Origin: Chloroflexota bacterium
GTDB lineage: Bacteria; Chloroflexota; Anaerolineae; Anaerolineales; Anaerolineaceae
NCBI GenBank assembly: GCA_034189815.1
Contig: JAXHUD010000001.1
Location: 1 to 51,634, forward strand
Direction of reading: 5' to 3'
DNA: 51,634 nucleotides
The position numbers and the translations under genes are program-made. The notes under the pieces were generated by a model that was not told the origin of the DNA, searched no databases, and saw only the letters and a program-made list of their open reading frames with translations. Shown here in pieces: positions 1 to 9,388 of the stretch; position 1 is the first letter of the stretch; each line of letters starts with the position of its first letter.

Positions 1-183
1 GCCTTCCACCTGGAATGATTGGGAAGGGAGCCTGCGTTGGGATGGGGTTGTAATTTGACTATTTATATTAGAAAACGCTTGAACTCATTTGTGATTGTCC
101 TGTTTTATTACATCATTCAGGATTGGCTAAACGCTGTATGGTATACTCGAGTTTACTTTCTTACTTGTATTGGAGGGCTTTAG

Positions 184-819
184 ATGGCTAAGATAAAGGT
201 CAAATCCGGCGACGAACCGATCCGCTTATTCAAATCAGATTTCCTCGAATTCTTTACCCACATCAGCCCCATTATAGTTTTGGTGGTCTGGTTGCCCGTG
301 ATCGGCTTTTTTGTCTATCGCTCACTGGTGGTTCAACCGGTTTCACCGCTGGTGCTTGTGCTTGGGATTGTTTTCGGCCTTTTCCTCTGGACCCTGGCTG
401 AGTACACGCTGCACCGGTTCCTATTCCACTTTCCGGCAAAGACACCCTGGCAGGAGCGCTTGTCATTCCTGGCGCACGGTGTCCATCACGCCAGCCCGCG
501 CGATAAGACTCGGCTCGTGATGCCCCCGGTGGTCAGCATTCCGCTGGCTTTGGTCTTCTATGGCCTCTACTTTTTGATTTTCACTTACGTTCTCCTGATG
601 CCGAATTGGATTTCTCCTGTATTTACCGGCTTCATCCTGGGGTATGTGGCCTACGACATGACCCACTATGCGACCCATCATTTCTCGATGAAAAAGGGGT
701 ATTTCAGGATGGTCCGCCAGCAGCATATGCGCCACCATTTCCAAACGCCGGATAAACGTTTCGGAGTCACAAGCCCGGTCTGGGATTATGTGTTTGGCAC
801 AATGCCGGAAGAAGCCTGA
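184..819 (+). CDS. Fatty acid hydroxylase / sterol desaturase family membrane di-metal enzyme (FA2H/Scs7-like)
   Basis: Four His boxes (EYTLHRFLFH, HGVHH, YDMTHYATHH, HMRHH), DKTRLVMPP segment, several TM helices; GGAGG RBS; TGgTATACT extended -10 at 139-147. Confidence 0.88.
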   Translation: MAKIKVKSGDEPIRLFKSDFLEFFTHISPIIVLVVWLPVIGFFVYRSLVVQPVSPLVLVLGIVFGLFLWTLAEYTLHRFLFHFPAKTPWQERLSFLAHGVHHASPRDKTRLVMPPVVSIPLALVFYGLYFLIFTYVLLMPNWISPVFTGFILGYVAYDMTHYATHHFSMKKGYFRMVRQQHMRHHFQTPDKRFGVTSPVWDYVFGTMPEEA

Positions 820-861
820 GGGCTTTTAGCAAATAACCTTAAATGCCCTCATCCATATTGG

Positions 862-896
862 AATCAAAAAAGCGTTCATATTGAACGCTTTTGATT
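862..896. terminator. Bidirectional intrinsic terminator
   Basis: AATCAAAAAAGCGTTCA-tat-TGAACGCTTTTGATT inverted repeat between convergent genes. Confidence 0.8.
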
Positions 897-910
897 ATCC
901 GGTTCTTTCC

Positions 911-2731
911 TCAGTCAGCTTTAGCGTACTTTTTGGATTCTTCCACATAGGCCAGTGATTGGTGCCTGAAGTAGGTGTTATAGAGCTCGGCGTAATGCTC
1001 ACCTCGGTCCAGGAGCTGCTGGTGGTTGCCTTCTTCGATGATCTCACCATTTTGCATCACCAGGATCCGGTCGGCGGATTTGACTGTGGACAGCCGGTGG
1101 GCGATCAGGATGCTGGTGGTCTCGGAGAGGATCAGGTCAAGAGCCGTTTGGATTTGGGTTTCGGTGAAGGGGTCAATGCTGGCCGTGGCTTCATCCAGAA
1201 TGAAGATGGAGGGCTTTTGGATCAGCACTCGCATCAATGCCACCAACTGACGTTGGCCCATCGAGAGCTGCGACCCGCGCTCGCCGACCTGGGTGTCCAG
1301 GCCGTTCGGCAGCGTCTCCAGCCATTCGCCGTCGCCGATCTGGTTGGCAACCCTCATTATCTCTTTGGGTTGGCAGCCGGGGCAGCCGTATGTGATATTC
1401 TCTTCAACCGTGCCTGAGAACAGGAACGGCGCCTGGGAGACGATACCCATTTGCTGCCGCAGCGCCACAAGGTTGAACTGGCGGATATCGATCCCATCAA
1501 TCTCGATCACGCCTTCCTGGAATTCGTAGAACCGGGCAATCAGCCGGCCGATGGATGTTTTGCCAGCGCCGGTATGGCCGACAAGGGCCAGCGTTTCGCC
1601 GGGTTTGATGTGCAGTGAGAAATCCCGCAGGACGGGTTCGTCGTCGGTATAGCTGAAATAGACATGCCGCATATCAATTCGACCTTCAAGGTCGCTGGGT
1701 TTGAGGTCATCGGTTTGATTGACAGAGTGATCCGCGTCAATCAATGCGAAGATGCGCTCCGCAGCGGAGAGACCGGTTTGCACCTGGGTCCAGAAGGAAG
1801 AGATGCTCATCACCGGGTACATGAACCGGTCGAGGGTGGAGAGGAACAGATACCAGGCGCCGGCGGACACGATGCCCTGCGTGACAGAAATGGCCCCGAA
1901 ATAGACCATCAGCGCTGTGGCGATTCCGCCGATGACGCGCATGATGGGGAAGACTATCGAAAGGATCAGCCCGCGCCGGATATTGACCTTATATGAGGTC
2001 TGATTGGCGTCATCGAACTCATCATAAATGGATTCTTCCTGTCGGAAGTTCTTGGCAACGGCGATCCCGCTGATGGTCTCTTTGATGGTGGCGTTCACGT
2101 TTGCCATGGCACGCATGCCTTCCCGCGTGACCTTGCGGGCGGCGTTACGGTATTGCATCACCAGAAGCAAGAGGAGGGGTACCAAAGCCATCACAGCCAG
2201 CGCCAAGCGCCATTGGGTTTGGAACAGGATAACGGCCAGGATGATGGAGGAGATTAATTGCATCAGAACATCTGTGGTGAGTGTGATCAACTGGCCAAAT
2301 TCGCGCGTGTCAGAGGTGATGCGGGAGACGATCTTCCCCGAGGAGAAATAGTCGTGGAATGAGAGGTCTTGCCGGACGGAAGCCTTGAAGGCGTCCGTGG
2401 CCAGCTTGCGGATCAGTTCTGCAATGGTACGGGCGGCGTTGCGCCGCAACAGCAGGTTGGCCGCCCAGCTGATGACGCCCAGGCCCAGGGTGATGCCTGA
2501 GAGGATCAGGATGAACTGCAGGGTGATTGTTTGCTGGGTCACCCTGTCCAGCCCTCGGGCGACGACCACTGGGGTAACGGCATCGATTCCAGCCCGTAGA
2601 ACGATCATCAGAGCGATGATGATCAGCCGGAAGGATTGCATCTTGAAATAGTCAATGATCCGACTGAATAATATCTTGTCGGAATATTGACGGTCATATT
2701 TTTCTGCACCTAAACCTGAAAAGAAGCCCAT
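911..2731 (-). CDS. ABC exporter half-transporter (TMD+NBD), subunit B of a heterodimer
   Basis: N-terminal TMD, Walker A GHTGAGKT, signature LSMGQ, Walker B FILDEAT, H-loop IAHR. Confidence 0.93.
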   Translation of the reverse strand: MGFFSGLGAEKYDRQYSDKILFSRIIDYFKMQSFRLIIIALMIVLRAGIDAVTPVVVARGLDRVTQQTITLQFILILSGITLGLGVISWAANLLLRRNAARTIAELIRKLATDAFKASVRQDLSFHDYFSSGKIVSRITSDTREFGQLITLTTDVLMQLISSIILAVILFQTQWRLALAVMALVPLLLLLVMQYRNAARKVTREGMRAMANVNATIKETISGIAVAKNFRQEESIYDEFDDANQTSYKVNIRRGLILSIVFPIMRVIGGIATALMVYFGAISVTQGIVSAGAWYLFLSTLDRFMYPVMSISSFWTQVQTGLSAAERIFALIDADHSVNQTDDLKPSDLEGRIDMRHVYFSYTDDEPVLRDFSLHIKPGETLALVGHTGAGKTSIGRLIARFYEFQEGVIEIDGIDIRQFNLVALRQQMGIVSQAPFLFSGTVEENITYGCPGCQPKEIMRVANQIGDGEWLETLPNGLDTQVGERGSQLSMGQRQLVALMRVLIQKPSIFILDEATASIDPFTETQIQTALDLILSETTSILIAHRLSTVKSADRILVMQNGEIIEEGNHQQLLDRGEHYAELYNTYFRHQSLAYVEESKKYAKAD

Positions 2732-2733
2732 AA

Positions 2734-4503
2734 TTACTCTCTGAATATCCTTTGATAGGATTTTGATGTTTGCATGAGTTCTTCATGGTTGCCGACAGCA
2801 GCGATCTGCCCCTGGCGAAGGACAACGATCTGGTTCGCCCAACGGATCTGCGAGAGGCGATGGGTGATGATCAGGGTGGTGCGGCCTTCAGCAGCCCGAA
2901 AAATGGCTTGCTGAATATTGTCCTCGGTTTCACTATCGATCGCGCTGGTAGAATCGTCGAGGATCAGGATGCGGGGTGAGGTCAGGAAGGCCCGCGCCAG
3001 AGCCAATCGTTGGCGTTGTCCGCCTGAAAGGGTAGCGCCGCGTTCGCCGATCACCGTGTCGTACCCCTTGTCAAAGCTCATAATGAAGTCGTGGGCCTGG
3101 GCCTCCTTTGCGGCGTGTATAATTTCTTCCTTTGAGGCATCCGGTTTACCGAAGGCGATATTATCGGCAATAGACCGGGAGAAGAGGAACACGTCCTGTT
3201 CGATGATCGAGATTTGATTCCGGAGTGACTCCAAATACCAATCCCGCACATCAATATCGTCCACAAGAACCTTGCCGGATTGCACATCGAAGGTCCGGTT
3301 GATCAACTTGACCAGGGACGTCTTCCCCGAGCCCGTCTGTCCAACAATAGCGACGGTTTGCCCGGGCTCGAATTCCAGGTTGATGTTCTTTAAATTCGGT
3401 TCATCTTCCTCATAACCGAAGGCGACATTCTTGAACTGGATCTTGCCGTTGATCGTCCCGGTATAGCCATCTACATTTTGGTCGAGGATGTTTTCTGTAT
3501 CGATCAGTTCCAGAATGCGGCGTGCGCCGGCAAAACCGAGCGAGATTTGTGAATAGGCAAACAGAGAGGTGGAGGTGGGGAAGCCCAGCAGCGAAAGTGT
3601 GCCGAAATAAGCGATCACGTCGCCAATGGTGATGGCGCCTTGCTGGAGCAATAATAATGCGTGCAGCAGCCCGATCCCGAGCGTGATCGCAAGGAGCAGC
3701 ATGGGCAGGAAGCGGCTCTCAACATCGCCCTGGCGGACCGATGCGTCACGGTAGGCGATGGCATTGTCGCTGAAGCGTTCGATCTCCGCATCTTCCTGGG
3801 CGGCGCCTTTCACGACTTCCACGCCATCGATGGCTTCCGCCAGCCGGCTGTTGAGCTGGCCGAAGGTACTGCGCACATTCCCCGTGATTGGGTTGAGGAT
3901 GGTCAGATAATGCCAAAGGGCGAAGACATACAGGACGATAAAGGCGAGGGGGGTGATGATCAGGGCGGGATGATAGGTGGGGCCGACGAACAGCGGGATG
4001 AACAGAAAGTTCAAAGACCCAACCACCAGATTGAAGCCCGGGCTGAACATGTAATTCACTTCTCGGACATCGTTTGTCGCCCTCGCCATCAGGTCGCCAA
4101 CGGATTGCAGGTTATGGAAGGTCATACTCTTGCCGAGCAGGTTGATATAGAGCTCTTGCCGGACCATGCGCTCAATCTTTTGGGCGATGATCTCGAAGCC
4201 GAAGTTTCGGCCAAATTGAAGCAGCCCACGGATGATTTGCGAGCCACCGATGATGATTGCATAGCGGCCGATCAGGGACAGGGATGGAGGTGTTTTGAGG
4301 ATCTCGTTGAAGGCCCTGCCGATATAGATCGGCACTACACTTGCCAAAGCGGCATTGCCAATGGCGCCGAGAACGGCCATCAAAATAAAGGGCCACTGGT
4401 GGATCGCATGCGATAGGATCCAAACACCGGGACCATTGCGATTTGTTTTGTATTTTGCCTTGAAGCTGATTTCTGAGATCGCATCAGCAGTCGGTGCCGT
4501 CAT
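2734..4503 (-). CDS. ABC exporter half-transporter (TMD+NBD), subunit A of a heterodimer
   Basis: Walker A GQTGSGKT, LSGGQ, Walker B ILILDDST; start overlaps tex stop (TAATG). Confidence 0.93.
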   Translation of the reverse strand: MTAPTADAISEISFKAKYKTNRNGPGVWILSHAIHQWPFILMAVLGAIGNAALASVVPIYIGRAFNEILKTPPSLSLIGRYAIIIGGSQIIRGLLQFGRNFGFEIIAQKIERMVRQELYINLLGKSMTFHNLQSVGDLMARATNDVREVNYMFSPGFNLVVGSLNFLFIPLFVGPTYHPALIITPLAFIVLYVFALWHYLTILNPITGNVRSTFGQLNSRLAEAIDGVEVVKGAAQEDAEIERFSDNAIAYRDASVRQGDVESRFLPMLLLAITLGIGLLHALLLLQQGAITIGDVIAYFGTLSLLGFPTSTSLFAYSQISLGFAGARRILELIDTENILDQNVDGYTGTINGKIQFKNVAFGYEEDEPNLKNINLEFEPGQTVAIVGQTGSGKTSLVKLINRTFDVQSGKVLVDDIDVRDWYLESLRNQISIIEQDVFLFSRSIADNIAFGKPDASKEEIIHAAKEAQAHDFIMSFDKGYDTVIGERGATLSGGQRQRLALARAFLTSPRILILDDSTSAIDSETEDNIQQAIFRAAEGRTTLIITHRLSQIRWANQIVVLRQGQIAAVGNHEELMQTSKSYQRIFRE

Positions 4504-6641
4504 TAATGTTCGCTTTCTTTCGTTTCCAGGGCGATCCGGTTTCGGTTTCGGTCAACAGACGCGATGACCACGTCTATAATATCTCCAACCTGTAAATGGG
4601 TGCCTCGTGGGATCTTTGATTGATGGAGCAACCCGTCGGTTTTCACGCCAATATCGATGAAGGCGCCAAAGTCGACGACATTTCGGATTGTACCCTTTAA
4701 TGTCATCCCAGGCGAGAGATCGTCCATTTTTAGAACGTCTGTACGGAGCAGGGGCTTGGGCAGGTCCTCCCGGGGATCTCGGCCCGGGCGAGCGATTTCG
4801 GTGAGGATGTCTTCGAGGGTGGGCAGCCCCGTCTCCAATTTTCGGGCAAGGGCTGCTAAGTCCGCCGTAGATCGAAAATTGTCGACGGCTTTGATCCGTT
4901 CTTCCGTACGCAAGCCATCGGCAAGCGCCATCTTGGTGATCACTTTTTCAGCGACCGGGTAACTCTCGGGGTGGATGGCTGTGGCGTCGAGCGGGTTTGA
5001 CCCGGCACGGATGCGCAGGAAGCCGGCCGACTGTTGAAAGGATTTGGGTCCCATTCCCGACACTTCCCGAATGGAATCACGCGTGTCAAAAGAGCCCTGC
5101 TCATCACGGTGGGCAACGATGTTCTCTGCCAGGGAGGGTCCAATCCCGGCGATGTGGGTCAATAAGGTGGCCGAGGCGGTATTGACTTCCACGCCCACGG
5201 CGTTGACGACGGATTCGACGACCTGGTCCAACGCAGCAGAGAGTTGGCTTTGGTTCACGTCATGCTGGTAGAGACCGACTCCGATGGATTTCGGATCGAT
5301 TTTGACCAGTTCAGAGAGCGGATCCTGCACCCGCCGGCCAATCGAGATCGCACCGCGGATGCTGACATCCAGGTCGGGGAATTCCCTGCGGGCCAGTGTG
5401 CTGGCGCTGTAGACGCTGGCGCCGGCTTCACTGGTGATCAGGTAGTGCAGATCTTTGCGGTCCCGCGTCAGCTCTGCGATCATCGCCTCGGTCTCGCGGG
5501 ATGCGGTCCCATTGCCGATTACGATCAGGGTGACATCGTATTCTGCAACCCATTTCTTGATCGCATTCAGGGCTTCCGTCTTCTTTTTCTGCGGTGGGTG
5601 GGGGTAGATGGTCCCTGTTTCGAGAAGTTTCCCATTCGCGTCCAGGATGGCGATCTTCGAACCGGTTCGGAAACCGGGATCAATGGCGAGAACGACCTGG
5701 TCGGCCAGTGGCGGCTGCGTTAGCAGCGCTCTCAGGTTCTTTGCAAAGAGATCAATGGCGTGGGCTTCTGCTTCTTTAGTCAGGGTTCGACGGAGATCGC
5801 GTTCAATCGACGGCAGCAGCAGTCGCTTGGCGCAATCTTCTGAGGCTTCGTTGAGGGTTTTGAAAAAGAGCGAGCGCCGGTCGGGTGGATACTGCGCTCG
5901 GATGGCCATCCGCCAGTCGCTTTCTTTGATCCCAACACCTATCTTGAGGACCTTTTCCCGCTCGCCTCGGTTCAGCGCCAAAACCTGATACGGTTTGAGA
6001 TATTTGATAGGCAGCTCAAATTGGTAATAATTCTCGTACACCCTGCGGGGATCGTCTGAATCCGGAATGCGTTCACTGGTTAGTTTGCCCTGTTTTAGTC
6101 CCTTGTCACGGGTAAGGCGGCGCACGGTGGCATTCTCGCTGATCGTCTCAGCAACAATGTCTGAAGCGCCTGAGAGGGCCTCTTCAACCGAGGGAACCGC
6201 ATCATTGAGAAAAGGCATCACCAACTCAGTTAAATGTTTGGGCGTAATGGCTTGTGTCAGGATCAGCTCCGCCAGTGGGGCCAGCCCTTTTTCCCGGGCG
6301 ATCAGCGCCCTTGTGCGCCGTTTGGGGCGATAAGGTTGGTAGAGGTCCTCCAGTTCAGTCAGTGATGATGCCGACCGGAAGGCCTTCTCCAGTTCGGGTG
6401 TGAGTTTGGCCTGTTCCCGGACGCTTTTGAGAATGGTCTCCCGACGATCCGCCAGGCTTTTGAGATGGTCCCATTCGTCTTTGATCTGCCGGATTTGGAC
6501 TTCATCCAGGTTTCCGGTCAATTCCTTGCGATAGCGGGCGATAAAGGGGATTGTATTATCACTGGCAAGCAAATCAACGGTTTGTTTGACCTTTTTATTT
6601 GGGATATTTAGTTTGTCTGCGATGCGGGGGGTAAGGTCCAT
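4503..6641 (-). CDS. tex: Tex family transcriptional accessory protein (YqgF-like, HhH, S1 domains)
   Basis: TIPFIARYRKE, LEDLYQPYRPKRRTRA, AIDPGFRTG, GASVYSAS, C-terminal S1 (GTIRNVVDFGAFIDIG); start moved to ATG at 6641 (MDLTPR). Confidence 0.93.
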   Translation of the reverse strand: MDLTPRIADKLNIPNKKVKQTVDLLASDNTIPFIARYRKELTGNLDEVQIRQIKDEWDHLKSLADRRETILKSVREQAKLTPELEKAFRSASSLTELEDLYQPYRPKRRTRALIAREKGLAPLAELILTQAITPKHLTELVMPFLNDAVPSVEEALSGASDIVAETISENATVRRLTRDKGLKQGKLTSERIPDSDDPRRVYENYYQFELPIKYLKPYQVLALNRGEREKVLKIGVGIKESDWRMAIRAQYPPDRRSLFFKTLNEASEDCAKRLLLPSIERDLRRTLTKEAEAHAIDLFAKNLRALLTQPPLADQVVLAIDPGFRTGSKIAILDANGKLLETGTIYPHPPQKKKTEALNAIKKWVAEYDVTLIVIGNGTASRETEAMIAELTRDRKDLHYLITSEAGASVYSASTLARREFPDLDVSIRGAISIGRRVQDPLSELVKIDPKSIGVGLYQHDVNQSQLSAALDQVVESVVNAVGVEVNTASATLLTHIAGIGPSLAENIVAHRDEQGSFDTRDSIREVSGMGPKSFQQSAGFLRIRAGSNPLDATAIHPESYPVAEKVITKMALADGLRTEERIKAVDNFRSTADLAALARKLETGLPTLEDILTEIARPGRDPREDLPKPLLRTDVLKMDDLSPGMTLKGTIRNVVDFGAFIDIGVKTDGLLHQSKIPRGTHLQVGDIIDVVIASVDRNRNRIALETKESEH

Positions 6642-6726
6642 GAGCGCTTTCCAGTGTATCGATTGAATTCGTTTAACAAGGTCGTATTGTAACACTTCTT
6701 GCCGGTCGGTAGGAAGAGGAAAGATC

Positions 6727-6761
6727 CTCAAATTACTCAAAATTACTACTCAAAATTACTA
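6727..6761. repeat. Short tandem repeat CTCAAAATTACTA x2 plus a degenerate third copy
   Basis: CTCAAATTA (6727-6735), CTCAAAATTACTA (6736-6748), CTCAAAATTACTA (6749-6761), just upstream of a -35 box. Confidence 0.85.
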
Positions 6762-6762
6762 T

Positions 6763-6791
6763 TTGACGACCGATACCAAAAGTGTTATACT
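6763..6791 (+). promoter_or_regulatory. Sigma70-type promoter of the GntR-OFOR operon
   Basis: TTGACG (6763-6768), 17 bp spacer, TATACT (6786-6791) with TG extension. Confidence 0.75.
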
Positions 6792-6800
6792 GTCGGTACA

Positions 6801-6823
6801 TAATCATATGATTAATCTGATGA
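6801..6823. promoter_or_regulatory. Putative GntR/FadR-family operator
   Basis: Perfect palindrome TAATCATATGATTA (6801-6814) overlapping TAATCTGATGA (6813-6823), one mismatch from the LutR-type TCATC-N-GATGA box. Confidence 0.55.
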
Positions 6824-6836
6824 ATGAGATAGTGAT

Positions 6837-7535
6837 ATGAGTCCACAGCCTTTATCCCAATATTTATCAAAATTTATGGTCTACCTCGCGGAGCAGCAGG
6901 GCGATGGCGCCCAGACGCTGCCCAGCCTGACGGATATAAGCGCTGAATTAGGGGTCAGCGTCTCCACCCTGCGAGAAGAACTCCAGGTGGCTCGGGCGTT
7001 GGGCCTGGTGGAGGTGCGGCCCCGGACGGGCATCAAGTGTCAGGCTTACCGGTTCAAGCCTGCGGTCCTAAAGAGCCTGGCCTATGCCGTGAGTGTGGAC
7101 CGGGAGATGTTCCGGCATTATTCGGAGCTGCGCAATCACATTGAAGCGTCCTATTGGTATCAGGCTGTGAGTGGATTGACGGCTGGTGACATTGAGGAAC
7201 TTCAGGACGTCATCCGGCGCGGCCTCCAAAAACTGGAATCTGAACCGATCAATATTCCACATCTCGAACATCGACAATTACATCTTATCATCTACCGCCG
7301 ACTGGACAATCCCTTCGTGCAGGGCATTCTGGAAAGTTATTGGGATATCTATGAGGCGGTTGGACTGAGTGTGTACGAAGACCGGCGATATCTTGACCGG
7401 GTCTGGACCTACCACCGTCAAATGGTGGCGGCCATCGCCCAGCAGGATTTCCTCTCCGGCTATCAGGCGCTGATCGCGCACATGGACTTGCTCTTTCAGC
7501 GGGAAAAACAAAACATTTCAAACCCTTTTGAATAA
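6837..7535 (+). CDS. GntR/FadR family transcriptional regulator (wHTH + FCD)
   Basis: LPSLTDISAELGVSVSTLREELQVARALGLVEVRPRTG wHTH; FCD-like C-terminal domain with His residues. Confidence 0.85.
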   Translation: MSPQPLSQYLSKFMVYLAEQQGDGAQTLPSLTDISAELGVSVSTLREELQVARALGLVEVRPRTGIKCQAYRFKPAVLKSLAYAVSVDREMFRHYSELRNHIEASYWYQAVSGLTAGDIEELQDVIRRGLQKLESEPINIPHLEHRQLHLIIYRRLDNPFVQGILESYWDIYEAVGLSVYEDRRYLDRVWTYHRQMVAAIAQQDFLSGYQALIAHMDLLFQREKQNISNPFE

Positions 7536-7555
7536 GGCTTTTGGAAGGAGCTCAA

Positions 7556-9388
7556 ATGAAAAAGGATCTCGAACCCGGGCAGAACCAGACGAAGGTCGTT
7601 AATGACTTTTGTATGACGGTATGCACGGTCAATGGCTCGGGAAGCGCCACAGCAAATACGACGCTTCTGCGGGCTTTGTTTCATATGGGGATCCCGGTTT
7701 CGGGAAAGAACATTTTCCCCTCCAATATCAAGGGGCTGCCGACCTGGTTTTCCATCCGCGTCTCCAGGGACGGTTATCTGGCGCGTGTGGCGCATGATGA
7801 CATCATTGTCCAGATGAACCCGATAACTTTCGCGGAGGACTTGGATTATGACGTGCCGGGTGGCGTGGTGTTCTATGCCGACCATATTGATATTCCCGTT
7901 CACCGGGATGACGTGGTTGTATACCCCATGCCGGTCAAAGATTTGATCAAAAAAGCCGATGTCCCCCGTAATCTGCGTGATTACATGGAAAACATGGTTT
8001 ATGTCGGCGTGGTTTCGCAAATCTTAGGGATTGATTTGACTGTCGTCCACCAGGTGCTGTTCAATCAATTTGCCAGGAAACCTTCTGTGGCCGAATCCAA
8101 TTTTGAGATTGTAAAAATGGCTGCGGATTGGGCCAACGGAAATCTCGAGAAGAAGGATCGTTATTCGGTCCAATCAATGCCGCCGCTGGAAGATTACATT
8201 ATGACCGATGGGAACACGGCCGGCGCACTGGGTGCGATCTACGGTGGATTTCAGTTCTGCGGCTGGTACCCGATTACACCGGCGACAAGCCTGGCCGAAT
8301 CGCTGAGTACCTTTGCTCCTCGGCTGCGGCAGGACCCGGAGACGGGCAAGAAAACCTTTGCCATCGTCCAGGCGGAAGATGAGCTCGCTGCGATCGGGAT
8401 GGCGGTCGGCGCGGGCTGGGCCGGGATCCGGTCAATGACCTCCACCTCCGGGCCGGGCGTCAGCCTGATGACGGAATATATGAGTCTGGCCTATTACGCC
8501 GAAGTGCCGCTGGTCTTATGGGACGTGCAGCGGGTTGGCCCAAGCACGGGGCTGCCCACCCGAACGGGACAAAGCGACCTGATCTTGAATTACTTCCTGG
8601 GACACGGCGATACGAACCAGATCGTCCTGATCCCCTCCACAGTTACGGAATGTTTTGACCTGGGTTGGCAAGCCTTTGATATCGCGGAGGCTTACCAAAC
8701 ACCAGTGATTGTGCTGAGCGATCTGGACCTGGGGATGAACCTCTGGATGACCAAAGCCTTTGACTATCCGGACAAACCCATCGACCGGGGCAAGATCCTC
8801 TGGGAAGACGAACTGGAAGCCTTTGAAGGGGAGTGGGGTCGTTACCTGGATGTGGACGAGGACGGCGTTCCCTATCGCACCGTGATGGGTAACCAAAACC
8901 TGAAAGCGCCTTATTTCACGCGTGGGACCGGACATGATGAATATGGTAATTACAGCGAGGATCCCGAGGTCTGGGAGCGGACGCTGGATCGAATCAAAAT
9001 GAAATTCAAGCGTGCTCGCGAGGAACTGCCGCAACCGGTTTATCGCAGGTGTGACGGCGCCAAGATCGGACTGATTGCCATGGGCTCCACGGAGCAGGCT
9101 GTTTTGGAAGCGCAGGACAAACTGTTGGCGCAGGGCACACCGACGGATTTCATGCGAATCAGGGCGCTGCCGATGACCAAAGATGTGGGCGACTTCATCC
9201 ATGAACACGAGCGTAATTATGTTATTGAACTAAATCGGGACGGTCAACTGCAGCAGATCCTGACAATTGATTTTTGTGATGCAACCGGAAAAATGACCTC
9301 ACTGGCCCATCTGGATGGCCTGCCGATGACGGCGGACTTTATCATCAAGGGTGTGCTAGACCGGGAGGAGGTGGAAAATGGCAACTAG
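7556..9388 (+). CDS. korA: 2-oxoacid:ferredoxin oxidoreductase alpha subunit (gamma-alpha fusion)
   Basis: GWYPITPAT, QAEDELAAIGM, TSTSGPG, VQRVGPSTGLPTRT; ATG 7556 after GAAGGAG RBS; substrate specificity not determinable. Confidence 0.9.
   Translation: MKKDLEPGQNQTKVVNDFCMTVCTVNGSGSATANTTLLRALFHMGIPVSGKNIFPSNIKGLPTWFSIRVSRDGYLARVAHDDIIVQMNPITFAEDLDYDVPGGVVFYADHIDIPVHRDDVVVYPMPVKDLIKKADVPRNLRDYMENMVYVGVVSQILGIDLTVVHQVLFNQFARKPSVAESNFEIVKMAADWANGNLEKKDRYSVQSMPPLEDYIMTDGNTAGALGAIYGGFQFCGWYPITPATSLAESLSTFAPRLRQDPETGKKTFAIVQAEDELAAIGMAVGAGWAGIRSMTSTSGPGVSLMTEYMSLAYYAEVPLVLWDVQRVGPSTGLPTRTGQSDLILNYFLGHGDTNQIVLIPSTVTECFDLGWQAFDIAEAYQTPVIVLSDLDLGMNLWMTKAFDYPDKPIDRGKILWEDELEAFEGEWGRYLDVDEDGVPYRTVMGNQNLKAPYFTRGTGHDEYGNYSEDPEVWERTLDRIKMKFKRAREELPQPVYRRCDGAKIGLIAMGSTEQAVLEAQDKLLAQGTPTDFMRIRALPMTKDVGDFIHEHERNYVIELNRDGQLQQILTIDFCDATGKMTSLAHLDGLPMTADFIIKGVLDREEVENGN

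Noticed and set aside
1-60. Possible CDS fragment or structured RNA at the window start
   Set aside because: Too short to assign frame or fold.
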